In this document: positions 63,003-64,000 of the stretch, piece by piece
How the letters are laid out: every line of letters begins with the position of its first letter
How positions within the stretch are numbered: the stretch's first letter is position 1
IMG/VR virus record: IMGVR_UViG_3300027896_000025
From: an uncultured virus (IMG/VR IMGVR_UViG_3300027896_000025)
Lineage: Duplodnaviria; Heunggongvirae; Uroviricota; Caudoviricetes
Length of the DNA stretch: 64,000 bases
Strand: one strand, 5' to 3'
Made by a program: the position numbers and the translations under genes
The notes under the pieces: model-generated
Databases searched by the model: none
What the model was told of the DNA's origin: nothing
What the model saw: only the letters and a program-made list of their open reading frames with translations

Positions 63003-63656
63003 ATGAAGAAACTAATTTTAGTTGTTAATATTTTGAATACTGTAATTTTGATCGGAATGATAACGGTTTTGTTAACCGGATGTGGACAGACGACTAACAT
63101 AACATCGTCAACGGTTAACCAAAACACAGTATCACATATGACAACGGTTCAAGCTATTGTTAGTAACGAGAATCAGTATCGTGAAAGCGTTGGTCAAGAG
63201 TTGTTGATACCCGGACTTAGCTGTTACTTGTACACAGTCCCTACGACTACAACACAGATTGTTGGTGCAACGTTAACAGGAGTTGGTGGATTCGAGTTCT
63301 TAGGAAAGTTTAATCAACCTAATGATTCAGTTAATTCAGGATTGAATATCCTTCCGACCGGACTTAGATCAACGTATCAAAGTTGGTTCATCGTGAGATG
63401 TTATGGAAGTTTGGTTATTGATACTAATAATTGGCATTCGTTTGATTTAACGAGTGACGACGGTTCGAATCTTTATATCGATGGGTTACTGATCAACAAC
63501 GACGGACTTCACGGAGCACAGACTAAATTCGCATCGAAGTACTTGAAATACGGAATTCATTCGTTTGAACTGGATTTCTTTCAAGCCGCTGGAAATCAAG
63601 CGTTGATCTTGAATGAAGACGGTCAGGTTATGGATTCATCAGGATTTTATCACTAG
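63003..63656 (+). CDS. PA14-domain lipoprotein
   Basis: Lipobox LTGC; FDLTSDDGSNLYIDGLLINNDGLHG...GIHSFELDFFQ PA14 signature. Confidence 0.85.
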   Translation: MKKLILVVNILNTVILIGMITVLLTGCGQTTNITSSTVNQNTVSHMTTVQAIVSNENQYRESVGQELLIPGLSCYLYTVPTTTTQIVGATLTGVGGFEFLGKFNQPNDSVNSGLNILPTGLRSTYQSWFIVRCYGSLVIDTNNWHSFDLTSDDGSNLYIDGLLINNDGLHGAQTKFASKYLKYGIHSFELDFFQAAGNQALILNEDGQVMDSSGFYH

Positions 63657-63664
63657 GAGATTGT

Positions 63665-63850
63665 ATGAAATACTTAATTATAGGTCTAGTATTCTTGAGT
63701 GGTTGCGCAACGTTGACCCCTTTAGAACGTAAGCAAGCGAACGTCTTGAATTGTGTTAAAGATTTGAAACAAAATGATTCAGGCACGATGGATTCTTTTG
63801 AGATTTGCCGACAGGTTTACGGACTTCGAAAGGTTAGGGATGATCAATGA
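63665..63850 (+). CDS. Small lipoprotein
   Basis: MKYLIIGLVFLSGC lipobox. Confidence 0.7.
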   Translation: MKYLIIGLVFLSGCATLTPLERKQANVLNCVKDLKQNDSGTMDSFEICRQVYGLRKVRDDQ

Positions 63851-64000
63851 AATCTTTCGAATGGATGGAGTTACTGACTTTGTTAATCGGTACAGCGGTC
63901 GGTTGGTTCTTGACAGCGGTTGTTGCGTTGTTCGTCCTTCACGCTTGCGTTCATAAACCGACTCCTGTTCAAGACCCGGATGCCACGTTGGAGCATCGTA
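63847..64000 (+). CDS. Membrane protein, 3'-truncated
   Basis: ATGA overlap; MKSFEWMELLTLLIGTAVGWFLTAVVALFVL; frame is open to the window end. Confidence 0.5.
   Translation, partial: MKSFEWMELLTLLIGTAVGWFLTAVVALFVLHACVHKPTPVQDPDATLEHR

Noticed and set aside
1..64000. tRNA/rRNA genes, integrase/att sites
   Set aside because: No cloverleaf with T-loop and acceptor stem was seen (GTTCGAA hits at about 62194 and 63463 are inside CDSs), and no recombinase motifs.

Overview
The window is a 64-kb segment of a lytic-looking tailed dsDNA phage of a Gram-negative host. There is no integrase, tRNA or CRISPR array in view. Layout: (1) + strand, 1-11.9 kb: replication and nucleotide/envelope genes, including a family-B DNA polymerase split in two by a free-standing HNH gene, an AAA+ ATPase, a DnaQ/RNase H-like exonuclease, endonuclease VII and a trypsin-like protease. 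(2) - strand, 11.9-53.4 kb: a podovirus-like virion block with terminase, portal, scaffold, major capsid, adaptor, a 1587-aa nozzle, Q/G-rich ejection proteins, many modular fibre/decoration proteins and an M15 endolysin. (3) + strand, 53.6-59 kb: small middle genes. (4) A probable genome end near 59.0 kb, followed by early genes. Main observations, all read by eye: a dense cluster of sigma54 (-24/-12) promoter motifs at the start of the early region, two of which share upstream elements and identical spacing to a micro-ORF; a 10-copy late-promoter motif AACAACTTWA oriented with the virion genes; sigma70 promoters that would give leaderless mRNAs; a recurring RFxKLKxxL motif in small late proteins; about ten dispersed, translationally coupled minigenes ending in EE[LIV]; two fibre genes whose diverged tips are bracketed by perfectly identical arms; several compact structured RNA elements; and one in-frame amber codon in a late gene. 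All product calls come from motif recognition and synteny, not database searches.
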